Shown piece by piece: positions 27,801 through 39,900 of a stretch of 64,000 nucleotides of DNA. Numbering within the stretch: the first letter of the stretch is position 1; every line of letters begins with the position of its first letter. This stretch comes from Phallusia mammillata (taxonomy: Eukaryota): the NCBI GenBank assembly GCA_965637545.1, contig OZ281496.1, positions 27,590,001-27,654,000 on the forward strand, read 5' to 3'. A program made the position numbers and the translations under genes. The notes under the pieces are model-generated. The model did no database searches. It was not told where the DNA came from and saw only the letters and a list, made by a program, of their open reading frames with translations.

Positions 27801-28030
27801 ATTTGGTATGAAAATTCCAAACCTGTAGTCAGGTTAGAAATAATAGCTAACAAAGTAATTATAAATCGGCAACTTTTACTTTTTTGTAAAACTTTTACTC
27901 TAAACTTTTTTGTAAAACTTTTACTCTAACAAATGTAAAAATGTATTAGTTTGTTGTTTAAATCCTACTAAAATGTATTGTTTTCACTTGCCAGAATTCC
28001 AATCACAAGGACGCTGCGATGAGGTAACAT
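9864..28030 (-). CDS. PDIA5: Protein disulfide-isomerase A5-like (PDIR), extended form with about 32 exons, nine a-type thioredoxin domains and C-terminal RDEL
   Basis: Signal peptide MLPHRSVLVIGIL|TLSSYCYA (28030-27992, 27507-27375). PDIA5-type N-terminal domain (KSFKKLLRTKTNVMVMF; TLAWVDC..EGKKLCKK..HYKDG). Trx sites WCGFC (~25390), WCGHC (~23825), WCGHC (~21325; linker PPPPEKPW...KKKKHALIMFYAP as in vertebrate PDIA5). Six further domains follow down to the last exon, 10015-9864, ending KRSTKRDEL*. Some internal exon edges are approximate. Confidence 0.88.
14413..14763. mobile_element. hAT (Ac-like termini) MITE in a PDIA5 intron
   Basis: TIRs TAGGGATGGGCCAA and TTGGCACATCCCTA; perfect 8-bp TSD ataattac (14405-14412 and 14764-14771); subterminal (GC)TCGG/CCGAG repeats. 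Confidence 0.88.
17595..17819. repeat. Minisatellite, 5 x 45 bp
   Basis: Unit taaaaaatcagaaaaagtcaaagactgtcattcctgcgtgtgcta repeated head-to-tail five times, with one substitution in copy 3; intronic in PDIA5. Confidence 0.95.
21568..21641 (-). mobile_element. tRNA-derived SINE head or tRNA pseudogene
   Basis: Minus strand GCCTTTCG-TAGCTCAGTAAG (A box)...GATTCGAATCCCACCGCA (B box, tRNA-Leu-like 3' end), with no proper cloverleaf. 19 bp are identical to 32181-32199. Confidence 0.55.
26593..27173. mobile_element. hAT-like MITE carrying a nested element
   Basis: Termini CAGTAATTCTTAAACT and AGTTTGAGAACCACTG; perfect 8-bp TSD gtctaaat (26585-26592 and 27174-27181). Confidence 0.85.
26815..27073. 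mobile_element. GC-rich foldback MITE with 9-bp TSD (Mutator/Merlin-like), nested in the hAT MITE
   Basis: About 25-bp TIRs cggtcacgtctaaaactgcgggccc and gggcccgcagttttagacatgaccc; 9-bp duplication ttttttaac (26806-26814 and 27074-27082); internal copies of aaaactgcgggcc. Confidence 0.75.
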
Positions 28031-29416
28031 TGTAAGGCTCCAAAAACCTTCCGGCTATGCTGTTTGAAAACTGACACAGACACAAACTGCTAAACTGCCC
28101 TATTCAACTTTTGTACACGTAAAATATCCTCGTTTAGTTTTAAATGAATTGTAATTAAAGATCCTAACCAAAATTTCTTGTTTCAAATCTTTCACTACGT
28201 TTAAATTGAACAACTTTAACAAAAGATTTGAAAACCGGTTTTATTTCACGTAAATTTGTATTCATCAGAGTGATGTAAGCATAAAACTTCCGGTTTTCGC
28301 GACACGTGTTTTCCCACGTTCGCAACACAAAAAAATACTTTCAATAAAATAGTATTAGCCGAAGTATGACAAAGTTATTAATATAAATTAGTAAATGAAA
28401 GTTCCCAAATCACCCAATTTAGATGAAAAGTACAATACACATGGGAGACGGGTTGCATGCAGGAAAAGATCTTTTTTCAATCCCAGATAAATTGAGTTTT
28501 TTAGTCAGAAAATACATAATTACCTATTTTATTTAAGTGTTTTGTCCCCTCAACAAAAAGTTTGAAAAGGGTTCGTTTCAAATGTTTAGTGTTGCTAGGG
28601 CCTGTAGGCCTATATATTCTTAATGAAAAGGTTTGTTTTATTCATAATCACCGACAAAACGCCTGGAAAACTAACTCTTTTACTTAATTTGTTTTGATGG
28701 TATTTTTTCATCTTTTCCCAATGTGATAAAAGTAGCAATAGCATTGCACGCCAAGTCCAAGGTGACTGTGGGCATGCTCGGACCTTGACTGTTTCACCAT
28801 TCCACCCACGTATTTCGACATAGCCTATACGTACAATCAAGTTATAGTCCTTTTCAAAACATTTTGGTTTCCAAAGTAGGTGAGGATCTGCAATATTACA
28901 ATAGAATCGGCCGCGAATGTTGACATATGTAATTTTATTTCTCTAATGCAAAATAAAGGGCGTTATTTACATTCACCATGCCAGCAATGGCATACGATAT
29001 GCTTCCGGTTAGGTTAAAACAACAACATATGTGCGTTCTTAAATGTCTTTTGTAATTAATTAGCTATAGTTTCTGTAGTCGGGACGTTATAACCCCACAG
29101 AGATCATAGCCTAGGCTAGGTGCAATGCGGGTAAATAAATGTGAAAAAGGCCAGACCGCAACTTTATTGGGCGTACGTACAGTAGCTCGTTTCAAACATT
29201 GCAAACAAATTGCGATAGAGATGTAAGGCGCATATACTTCGGTCGAAACTTAAAAGACATATATCGATTAAAAATGCGTTTGCGAACGAGTTCTGTGGAT
29301 AACACCATGACAAACTTAATATAATTGTGAAAGAAAATAGTAGATGATGGGTGTGTTTTTTGGTTAAATGATAGGTTATTCTGCTATTACAGTCTTGCTG
29401 TTGTAACGTGTATTCA

Positions 29417-32400
29417 ATGAGTTGTTTGACACTCCGTGCTAGTAATCAAACAGTCGACAGGGGTATATTTCTTGTTGTTATATTTCTTTGTGTGGTATCG
29501 CTGAACCTGGCTAGCGCAAGCAAGTTGTTGTTGGTCATTTTTGACGGAACTGGGTAAGTTTTACTTGTGATACTTCGCTCTTGTTTTATCGGGAATGATA
29601 GAAAATGTTTATAACTTAAAGACATCTTGAACTAAGTGGTGAAAAACACTAAACATTTCCTCAAAGATTTGTGTTGTTTTGTAGACATTACTATGCTGGT
29701 CACAAGGACCAGATACCGGCATTTAAACACCTCCAAGATAATGGAGTTTGGGCGAAATATATGAAGCCCCCTTTTCCAACCTATACCAACCCTTGTCATG
29801 AAACATTGGCCACAGGTAAACGCCATATGACTTTAAGCAGTTGGTTCTGTGATACGAAATACAAATTTGCATTTGCCTCTTGAGATTTTAAACTGCACTT
29901 GGGCTTGAAAGTTTTATGCTTGGCGACAATACAAGAGCAATTAAACAAAAAGTAACAAAGTGTATTACAAAAATGTTAACAACAGAAATTTCTTTTGTCT
30001 CAAATCTGTACATGAAGTGCTCGTGAAACATAAAGTAAACATGCTTTAACACGGTACATAAGTGCTGAAAACGCAAAAAAGTACAAAGTTTATTATTAAC
30101 ACAGTCATAGGCGAGTAGGCGGTGTGGCGCTGCCACCTTGGGTTTATACCACTGTATCAGTGGCTTATACAGCACGGTGGCGGCCACCGTGGATATTTTG
30201 GTTGGTTTGTAGCGATTTTGCACGAAACATCGTAAAATCTACAGAAAAACAGAATAGATTTTGCTTTGAAAACAAGCGTGTTGCCAAAAAAGTCACAAAC
30301 GTTCCTTAAAACCACAAAATTGTTTGTACCTTCATTATGACGTCAACTCCCAACTGTTTGCGCACAATGGTAATGTTTTGTAATAATGGTTATTTCGGGT
30401 GATACAAAGCAACAAACACTTGACGCAACATTTTTTGCACGTTGCTGAACCAACGATAAACGTTACAGCAATGTGTTCCAAAATATTTCAAATTTTTCGT
30501 TTCATTTCATTTTAAATAACGTTGCATTCTATTGGAAGTTTGTTGAGATTTAGGTTAAGGATCTCGTGGCTGAACGCATTAGTGACGTCACACTCAATGT
30601 GACGTCATAATTTTCGTTCGCCACATTGTATTTTCGTGAAACTTGGCGCCTATGAACACAGTTATGCGATAGAAAACGGTTAACTGGTGACAGTCAATAG
30701 ACTTTTTGTAACAGAACCGGATAAAAAATATGACTTTCGTGACAGAACCGACTGGCAAAAAAAGTTAATCCCACCACGGACTAAAACATATGTTAGCCTA
30801 TTGGCGGTTGTGATGTATATAGAACTACTTTGCTAGACATTATTTGGCTTTAAAAAGTGATCTGAATAAATTTATGGGTGTAGAATGATATGTTACCATT
30901 TGGCAGGTTTTGTACGTTTATTGTTTGCAAACAAGTGGCCAAAATAAAGTTAGAAACCTTTTGGTGAATGGGACAATATGGGATAAAACCTGTACGTTTA
31001 CATCAGTAATTTACAAAAATCACGACACTTGGCAGCAATAGACGATATCAGGGGCAAGGGCTCAAGTTAACGTGAACAAAATACAATACAATAATGCGGC
31101 CGTCAATAGTAAGGTTGTGGACCCTTGAGCTATAGGCGATAGTGTTTACTTTTGCATTGCAGGAAAGTTATAGTTGCAGCTACTCGAAAATAAGCTACTG
31201 AAACTTCTAAAAATGCTGACGGTTAATTATGGCTATCAGGGTTGGAGTAAAGGATTAGTATTTGCAGTAGAAGTTTAATTCTCTTTGTCAACCCATCCTA
31301 AAAGATAAACTAATGGCCATAACACTGCACTTTTATTGCGACCATTCTCGCACTATTTTCACAGGGCTTTATGTCGAGTCGCACGGCGTGACCACCAACT
31401 GCAAAATGAGTCTGAGTGAGCCACCGCCAGGTTTGAACTATTACCCGACATACTTGGATGATGAATGGTGGGATAAGGGTGGAGAACCGATATGGATAAC
31501 CGCTGTAAAACAGGTATTGGTGTCAGAGTCTAAGGAAAAGCAAAATTGTTCCTTGAAACATAAAAAATAAGCATTAGATAAAATAATTAGGCTACGCCAC
31601 GCCATTAGTGTATATAGTGTTTTCTTTTGGAAATTCCAAAAGTCTCATATTTTGCGAACAATATTTGCGTAACTTTGGGCCCTTTTGACAAATATCATTA
31701 CATTGATTGAAACCAAGATAAGCGGCATGAAAAAAAGATGATTTATTTTAATTTGCTTTCTAAATGTGGTGTTTAGAGACGTTTAGAAATGCTTTGTGTG
31801 TAACTTTTCCCTGTCCCAAAACCAAATTTCACGAGAAATTAGCAGTAGCTTATATCAGCCTGTGTTCAGATTAAAAAATGGTAAGCCTGTACATTTATTT
31901 AATTCCGTAAAGGGTTTGAAAAGCGGAGGTCACCATTATCCTGGGAGTTATGCAAAGATAGGGGGCCGAACAGCTACATTGCGTGTCCCGTTGATCCCTG
32001 AAACAGCGACAACTGAAGTAGGCTGGAGGAGTCACGTGGACAGCTTTATGTCATGGTTTACTGAACAGGGCTTGGACTTTATAGCAGCTTACTTTCCCCA
32101 CGTAAGTTATGTAGTAGCCTACATTTATTAACTTTGTGCAATTTAGTGGGCTATTATCACAGATTCGCCGGAATCAATCATGCGGTGGGATTCGAATCCA
32201 CTAAGTGCAGCATTTTCCTCATACACTCGACTATTTATTTTCAGCCAAAACAGTTTCAACGTAATTTAACCCAGTCACGAAATTAACCAGGTGTAAAATC
32301 TCGACTTTTGAATGAATAATAAAAAACGTAATAGGTTACCGATTAACTAATCACGAGAGGATAGCTAAAGCTCAACATTTTATATTTTTAAGCCAGACGA

Positions 32401-35400
32401 TCTCAGCCACATATATGGGCCCTGGTCCGAGATTGTCGCAAATGAAACAATGTCAAAAGTGAACAGGACAATTTTCTATCTGTTGGAGAAAGTGAAACAG
32501 TCTGGACTTCAGGATCAACTCGATATAATCATCACAAGGTTAATGTTGTTCAGTAAAAAAGCATAAGCCTACATAAAAACCAATAACAAAGTGTGATAGA
32601 TTTAAGTCCATACAAGCTATATACTCCACGATAAAAAGTTTTGGTAAGATTAACTTAGTTATGATTATCAATCCAAGTTAAATTTTGTTCGACAAACAAT
32701 GTTTCTGAAGTAAACATCCTGTCAAGCCGGAGCCATTGAAGACGCCATACCGAATCAAATCAGTCTCGCAAGCATTTCCACGGGGCAAGGCGTAGGCATA
32801 GCAAAATCTAGCCTCCACCAGGCCTGGCGAACTATAATTTATAGACGGGGTTGCCATCGACTTGAAACCAAAAATAAGGACAATCGAAAAATGAAATTTT
32901 CACACAAAACAAACGTTTTTGGACAAATCTTTTGCAGTTATACGAGCCATGACATATCATATGCAATATTTTGGCAGAAACAATCTGTTCCAGCCACTTC
33001 TTGTTCGTAGAAAATACTAAGTGCAACTCACAACAGCTCAGGTCTAGGTTTACTTTTACTTGTAGCGGGGATTTGACCAGTAATTGTTGAAAATAAGACA
33101 AAAGAAAGGCTCAAGTCAAAAATAAGGACATTTCTTAGAAATAAGGATAATAAACTTTTCTAAGACATAGCCCTTCAAAGTAAGGACAAATCTTAGAAAT
33201 ATGGACGGTATGGCAACCCTGTTTATAGATGATATCGTGATCGTTGGTCTACATCAGGGGTGGGCAAACTTTTCAGTGCAAGGGCCGCATTCAAAAGTTT
33301 TTAATCTTATCGGGCCGCATGGTATTTCACAAACGGCCGCCAATTGCTTGCTTGTTGTTTTGTTTTAAAACAACTGATGTAAAGGATAAGGTTTGTATCA
33401 TATATATACCATTTAAAGTCGCCTAAGATGCTCTGATTAAAAATCTAACTTGTGCACAAGTTTAACTGAACGGAGCTAACTGTTTATGACGTTATAAACT
33501 GTATTGTGGCGATTGCAGTGCCCGTTTTTTCGCATTGTTTGCACATAATAAGCGGATAAAAAGCCTGGCGCATATGGTTACTAGACTGGTAATGTTTTTT
33601 CCAGTCCCACGAAATCTGTTTTAGCAGTTTGAAAATCAAAATATTTAGCAAAATAGATTGCGGCCGCAGGTTGTGCACCCCTGCGCAAAATTATTACATA
33701 GTATATTTTCAGCTTTATGCAAATACGTTTGTTCATGATTGTACAAACAGTGGTTGAAACGCTACAATTGTAATTGTTTCAAAAAAACAAGCGTTTGTTG
33801 CAACAACGGCTGAACCACGTTTTTTGTTAATGAAGTCCTTGTGTCAAAGTTTGGGCGTCAACAGTGCAAAGTGGGCTGTATTTGAAAACGTGAATCGCTT
33901 TTACTTTTATCGAACGAAGAAATTGTGTCAAGTGACGATTTGCATAATAACGTGGCAGGCTAAAGCACGTGAAAAGTATCTGTGTTTAGTTCCAAAGTAT
34001 CGTACGGGTACAGATACTGCACATGGTATTGGTATCGGCAAGTCGCACCCCCGGTATTTTTAAAACTCTGCGCCTGTGCTCATAGTACTATTCAGCGTTA
34101 CTCGGAAACATTTGGCGGGCCGCATGAACTCCTTTGCCGGGCCGCATGCGGCCCGCGGGCCGTAGTTTGCCCACCCCTGGTCTACATGAACGTTTATTAG
34201 CTGTTTTTTAACTATTCACGAAACGCATGCTTCAAAGTTGCAATGTTTGATTTGGCTAAGATTACCATATCTGCAGGAGTAAAATTCCGGACGGTTTTAA
34301 TATCTTAGGCGACAAATACGTAATAAAGCATACTGTTACCAACTTCAACAGTTTAATTTTTGACAAAATAGCATTGCTATTACAGAGATAAGAGCGCAGT
34401 TTTGTTTTTTAATTAGGTTGCAAAACAGATTTATTATAGGATCGGTCCATTTAACAGATTACCATAGGCATATACAACTTTAAAGACGCAAAAATTAAAC
34501 AAATCGCTTTTAAATCATGATGGTAATTTGTTTTGTATGAATGTAGGTAGTTTCATACATTAAAAACAGTTGAACGTAAACTTTTGAGCTCCGCGGAAAT
34601 AGAATAGGAAAAACTGCTGCAGGCTACAAAACGCTAAAATTCCGGTGGTTAAAATCAGAGAGTCGAACCGGTTTATTTCTTTAACCGAACCGCCAATTAC
34701 AATTTTCGTAAAACCATTAAAAATGCAGTCTGTATTATATTTTGTCATTTTTTTCTTCAACTGCAAGATACGCGAGATGACAGCTATTAGGCTATAGGGC
34801 GTATCAAAAAAAAAAAAACAGTGCACGTTTAAAATTCTTTTGGAGTTTCCATGTAGATGATGGGTTGAATTCAAATTAAACGAAAGGGGTTTAGCCTAAT
34901 TTGCCCGAACCGGAACAAAACCTCAACCCGCAAACGTTTAAATGCTGGTGATATTTATAGGCTACATTAAAAATTAGCACATTCCCAATGATATCGTCTT
35001 TGCAGCGACCATGGGTTGGCAGAGGTGGACACAAGCATTACCGAAGATGAAGCTATTTCTGTGTTGAAACACGTCGACGCCAGCCAGCTCGACTATCTAT
35101 ACGTCATGGGAACAAACGCTTTTATCGAACCTAAACCAGGGCAACTGATGGAAGTGTACAGAAAACTGAAAGGTCGGTAGACTGGGCTTCGTCAAATGAT
35201 ACCTTTGCCGTTCATTGGATATTCCTAAGAGTTTCTTTAGAAGTCATACAATGCTGCGGAACAAAGTTTTTTTTAGTGCCATGGAGTCCTTTCAACTAGC
35301 GAATAAATTCAACTTAACTACATGTAAAGTTTTTGTGCAATATTTCAGTTCCAAACAGTCTTTTTTGCCGATTTTGATAAACCATTAATGTTGGCAAGTT

Positions 35401-36835
35401 GCAAGGCAACTATTGAGAAACACAACAGTGAGCCAGATTTATTTTGTTTTGCAGCGGCCAACTTAAAAATGGACGTTTACCTGAAAGACGAACTACCTGA
35501 GCGCTGGCATTTCAAACACGAGAGAGTCACATCGATTTTTCTAGTTGCACACAAAGGCTATAAAATATATGAGGTACAAATGCTCATGGATTGTTTTCGG
35601 GAGCTTTTTTTCAACCGAAACAAACCTCGTTTTAACACAGTATCACCTACAATAGTTTATATTTTTTGTGAAGCATGGCCATAGGATTGAAAAGTCATAA
35701 CCATTTTAGTTTGTCGGGCTGTAGTTAAATTATTATGTGTTGTGTTACCGTGAAGTGAGGATTAGTTTTGTTAACTTGATAAGTTTGATACTGAAACTAA
35801 GTTAACCAAGAATGTGGAGATGGTGTTTAGGATCTAGAAAAGAAAGTTGTTTTTAAAGATAAATTACTGGAAGATCATTATTTGTCATAACGAAAGTCCA
35901 TTTTTTCTCATAAACTGTAACAGGGTCAAATCAAGTAGTAAGTGCATTTCAAAAAATAAAATCGAAGACATGTAGGTCGCATTTAGTTGGTCGGCCGCTT
36001 TTTGTTTGTACAACCGACAACAAGCATCATTTTTTTTCAATTCTGAACTAAAAGGAAGTTGATTGAGACACCACGAGTATTTTAATGGTGTCGGAGCCAT
36101 GCGATTTTGTCTATTCCAGTAAGAAAAACTTGTCACAAGCAACAGTCACTATTTCTACAGATGTTTCCTGGTTATCACGATGAAAAGGGTCAACATGGAT
36201 ACGACAATAATATCAGCGACATGTGGGCAATCTTTTTCGCCTTAGGACCTTCGTTCAAGGTACAACAATACATTAACAGGATTTTTAAGCAAAATACTTA
36301 CACCAAATTTGCCAAGCATGTGCGAACTGGGACTCATAAATAAATTTGGTATTCAATCACAGAATCGCGTTTTTGCCTAACGTCGTCTATGCAACTCCAC
36401 TACTCTCTCGATTAGGCTACATCAGACAATATCTGCTTAAATACAAAAGAATTAACAGGCAAATCACAGAACCTATTTTGACTCAAGCTAACAATTGCTT
36501 CATATTACAATAACCGCCTTTATAGTTAGTTTGTAGACAAACTTTTCAAACAAAGGAATACAACTATTTATGTCATTACAACACAGGAAAACAATTTAGT
36601 TGTGAACAATAATAAAAGTCATAAGTGTCGGAAAGTCAAATGCTACAAAACACATTCTGTTTTAGAAAAACCTTATAATCGAAGGATTCGACTCGATTCA
36701 CGTCTACCCCTTAATGGCGCACTTGCTTGGATTAAATCCTGCTCCGAATAACGGGTCATTGCAAGTTCTTTCTCCAATTCTTGTAGAAGGACGACAACCA
36801 ATTTCCACAACCTGGTACATTTCATCAACAGTTCT

Positions 36836-36838
<3 letters not shown>
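29417..36838 (+). CDS. ENPP7-like ectonucleotide pyrophosphatase/phosphodiesterase (alkaline phosphatase superfamily), interrupted in its last exon by a LINE
   Basis: Phase-consistent exons: 29417-29553, 29685-29815, 31365-31513, 31913-32101, 32393-32538, 35006-35172, 35455-35573, 36161-36259, and 36666 onward. Signal peptide, then LLLVIFDG, FPTYTNPCH (catalytic Thr; PCH as in ENPP7), GLYVESHG, WW..GEPIWIT, PDDLSH, SDHG, GQHGYDN and VYPLMAHLLGLNPAPNNGSL. All canonical metal ligands are present; about 472 aa before the insertion. Confidence 0.92.
32846..33221. mobile_element. hAT-like MITE in ENPP intron 5
   Basis: Termini CGGGGTTGCCAT and ATGGCAACCCTG; perfect 8-bp TSD tttataga (32838-32845 and 33222-33229); subterminal aataaggac repeats. 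Confidence 0.85.
33255..34179. mobile_element. Non-autonomous hAT/Charlie-like element (925 bp) in ENPP intron 5
   Basis: Perfect 16-bp TIRs CAGGGGTGGGCAAACT and AGTTTGCCCACCCCTG; perfect 8-bp TSD gtctacat (33247-33254 and 34180-34187). An extra internal end-like motif (ggttgtgcacccctg, ~33670-33684) suggests a composite element. Confidence 0.9.
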
Positions 36839-36892
<54 letters not shown>

Positions 36893-36934
36893 TGATAAAT
36901 AATAAAATAGAGCGAAAAACGGTAACAAATTACA

Positions 36935-39900
36935 TCACACTTCAGTACATAACAGGCGACACCACTTTTTGCGGTAAGCAAGAAAGTTTCCACGTTTTTT
37001 TGATACATGACATTCTGATACACGTACTGAGTTAAGGAAGCGTACAAATCTAGATACCGTCGGTTTATTTTCACTGTATTTGCATTGGTAAATGACATAT
37101 CTGGCACATAACAACATACAGTTCACCAATTTATCGCCGGATCCACCATTGTGGACACCAAAAAGTAAGTTCACGGGAGGTAACGTCAGTGGGACTCGGG
37201 TTCTAGCACTAATCCATGCACAGACGTTTTCCCAATACAGTCTAGTTACATGACAAGAATAAAAAACATGGTAAACATTTTCTGTAGCATTTTTACAGAA
37301 TGTGCACAAGTCGGAGTCAATTTTCCCAAAGGAGTGCAATATTTGGTTGCACACGATGGCATTCAGATTTAATTTAATTTGAAAACTTCTCAACCTATTT
37401 TCAATAGTGGAATTAAAGTTGTTAATATATACTTCTCGCCACGGCATCTCAAAATTTATGAAAAGCTTGTTTTTCCAAAATTCTTGGGACTTAACTGGCA
37501 CGCGAGCCACGCTGTCTTGTAGCTTTGTGTAAATTGTTTTGACGCTGTTTGTGTCTTTAATAAAATTCAATAAATGTTCTGACTGAGTTGTTTGTGGGTC
37601 GATATAGTTTTCTGAGTCCCATTGCTCAGGCAGACTTGAAACAAGTTTTATAAATTGAATGAACTCTGCGTTATTAGCCTGAAAATTAAATTTTAACGCC
37701 AAGTTGTCGTAAGTTTCATACTCTCCTTCCTTAGTCAATAGGTGTTTATGTAACATTACGCCAGAGTCGATCAGGGGTTTCATACAGAAAGTTTTAGATT
37801 GGTACTTAATTTTTTTGTTTAGCCAAAGTGTCCTTTCTGTCGATTTTGTTTTTAGCAGATTTAAAGTGTGTATGCAACTGACAAGGGTGTGGCGCAGGGT
37901 TCTCAAGGGTAAAACACGTTTAACCTCGGCTCGATTGAGCGATATAGTTGCATTTAGAAAAGCGTTAACTCTTTGTCCCCTTAAGTATGGTGCCTCGATT
38001 TGCTTCCAATCAGCAACTACGCTTTCATCAAGAAGTTTTTGAAACCATTTAAGGTTTAGTGCCAGAATATAATTTTCTACATTAATCATTCCCGCCCCTC
38101 CCTCTTCGATACTTGCGCACAGTGTTGTTCGTTTGACCCTTTCCCATTTTGATCCCCATAAAAAACGGAACAGTATACGGATTAGTTGTTTCAAATATTT
38201 TGCTGACACTGTTACGGGCACAACGCAAAGTTTGAAAGTCAACATTGGCACCAGTAGGCTTTTAATTATTGTTACTTTCCCCAATAAGGAAAGACCCCTT
38301 GTCGACCACAGGTTTGCAATAACTTTGATCTTTTGCAGTATAGGTAAAAAATTGTATTCTAGCAATTTTTCATCGCTGCACGTCGTGGTTGGAATTACAA
38401 CCCCCAAATACCTAGTTTTTTCAGAAGGCCACAAGAGCCCGGATTGTTGCATCGGTTTGTGGCAACAAGATCGTTTGGAACCAACAAAAAATGCGTTTGA
38501 TTTGTTCATATTTATTTTGCATCCCGACATATCGCCAAACTCTGTGATTATACTTAATGCTTCGCGAAAATCATTATCGCTGCCGGAGAGAAACAAAACG
38601 GTGTCATCCGCAAACATGGAAACTTTAAATTCTTTGTCATGTACTTTTATACCTAAAAAGTTCCCCTGTCTTAACATTATTCCAAGGCATTCAATACTTA
38701 GAACAAAAAGCGTGGGAGACAGAGGATCACCTTGCCTCACTCCTCTTTCGACTTTAAATGGCGCAGATACAAAACTGTTATTAATTATTGCCGATGTCGG
38801 GTTTTGGTAAAAACATTTAACATATCTAATAATTGTTGGGCCAAAACCAAAAGCTTCTAATGCAGAAAACATAAAATCCCAACTTAACGTATCAAAAGCT
38901 TTGAATATGTCCAATGACAAAATTGCCCCTGGAATGTTTTGGTGGTCGGCACTGTCTATAATATCAAATAGAAGTCGAATGTTAGTACCAATATATCTAT
39001 TTGGTATGAAACCATTTTGGTCAGAAGAGATTACATGGTTCAAAACCGACCGTAATCTGTTGTTAACTGCTTTAGAAGCAATTTTATAATCAGCATTTAG
39101 TAGCGTAATTGCCCTATAACTACCTGGGTGAAGCGGGTCCTTATCCTTTTTGGGAAGAAGAGTTATAACAGCTCTGGACTGCGAAGGAGTCAAATTTCCA
39201 ATTTTTATCGAATAACTCCACGCCGCCGTAAAAAGACCTTTTAGGTTTTCCCAAAATGTTAGGTAGAACTCGGCGGGGAAGCCATCGAGTCCCGGTGACT
39301 TATTTTTGCCCATGTCTTTTAGTGCGTTTAAAAACTCGGTCTCCAGAATTTCAGTTTCTATTTTTTCCATGGCTTCTAGCGGAATTTGGGGAAGTCCCAA
39401 CGATGCTAGTTTAGACGCATTGATGTTTTTATGTTGGACTTTATCATCCCTTCTATACAGTTGTTCATAAAATTTCGCTAAGCTTTTCAGAATTTTTTCT
39501 TGATCTGTGAGGATTTCCGATCCAGAAATTAGGCGATTTATACTTTTCTTTTCACCCTGTCGTTTTTCCAGGTTTAAAAAGTATTTCGTATTTTTTTCTC
39601 CGTCTTCAGCCCAGCGAGTCCGACTACGGGTAATGGCGCTGATTGTTTGGCGCTTTAGAAGTTTATCTAGTTCGTTTTGAAGGGCAGATAAATTGTCGTG
39701 TAGTTGGTCACGTTCCGTACCCGTCGTGTTACAAACAGCATTTTGAATTGTGACGATATCCTTTTCTATTTTCGTTAGTTTGGCGCTGTTATTCCGTTTT
39801 TTTTCGGATGCATACCGGATTGTTTCCCCTCGGATCACAGCTTTTAAAGCGTCCCACATAACATGCGGATTGATAGCGGAATCTTGATTATCCGTTTTAT

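Noticed and set aside
9864-28030. Selenocysteine (in-frame TGA) in the degenerate thioredoxin sites
   Set aside because: The SSVC and YNRC sites are encoded by ordinary sense codons; no in-frame TGA was seen.
28610-28840. 76-aa minus-strand ORF as the PDIA5 first exon
   Set aside because: No suitable donor or signal-peptide junction; the 28030-27992 GC-donor exon fits better.
36704-36928. Minus-strand ORF with a poly-Lys tract
   Set aside because: It is the LINE poly(A) tail read into antisense ENPP sequence, not a gene.
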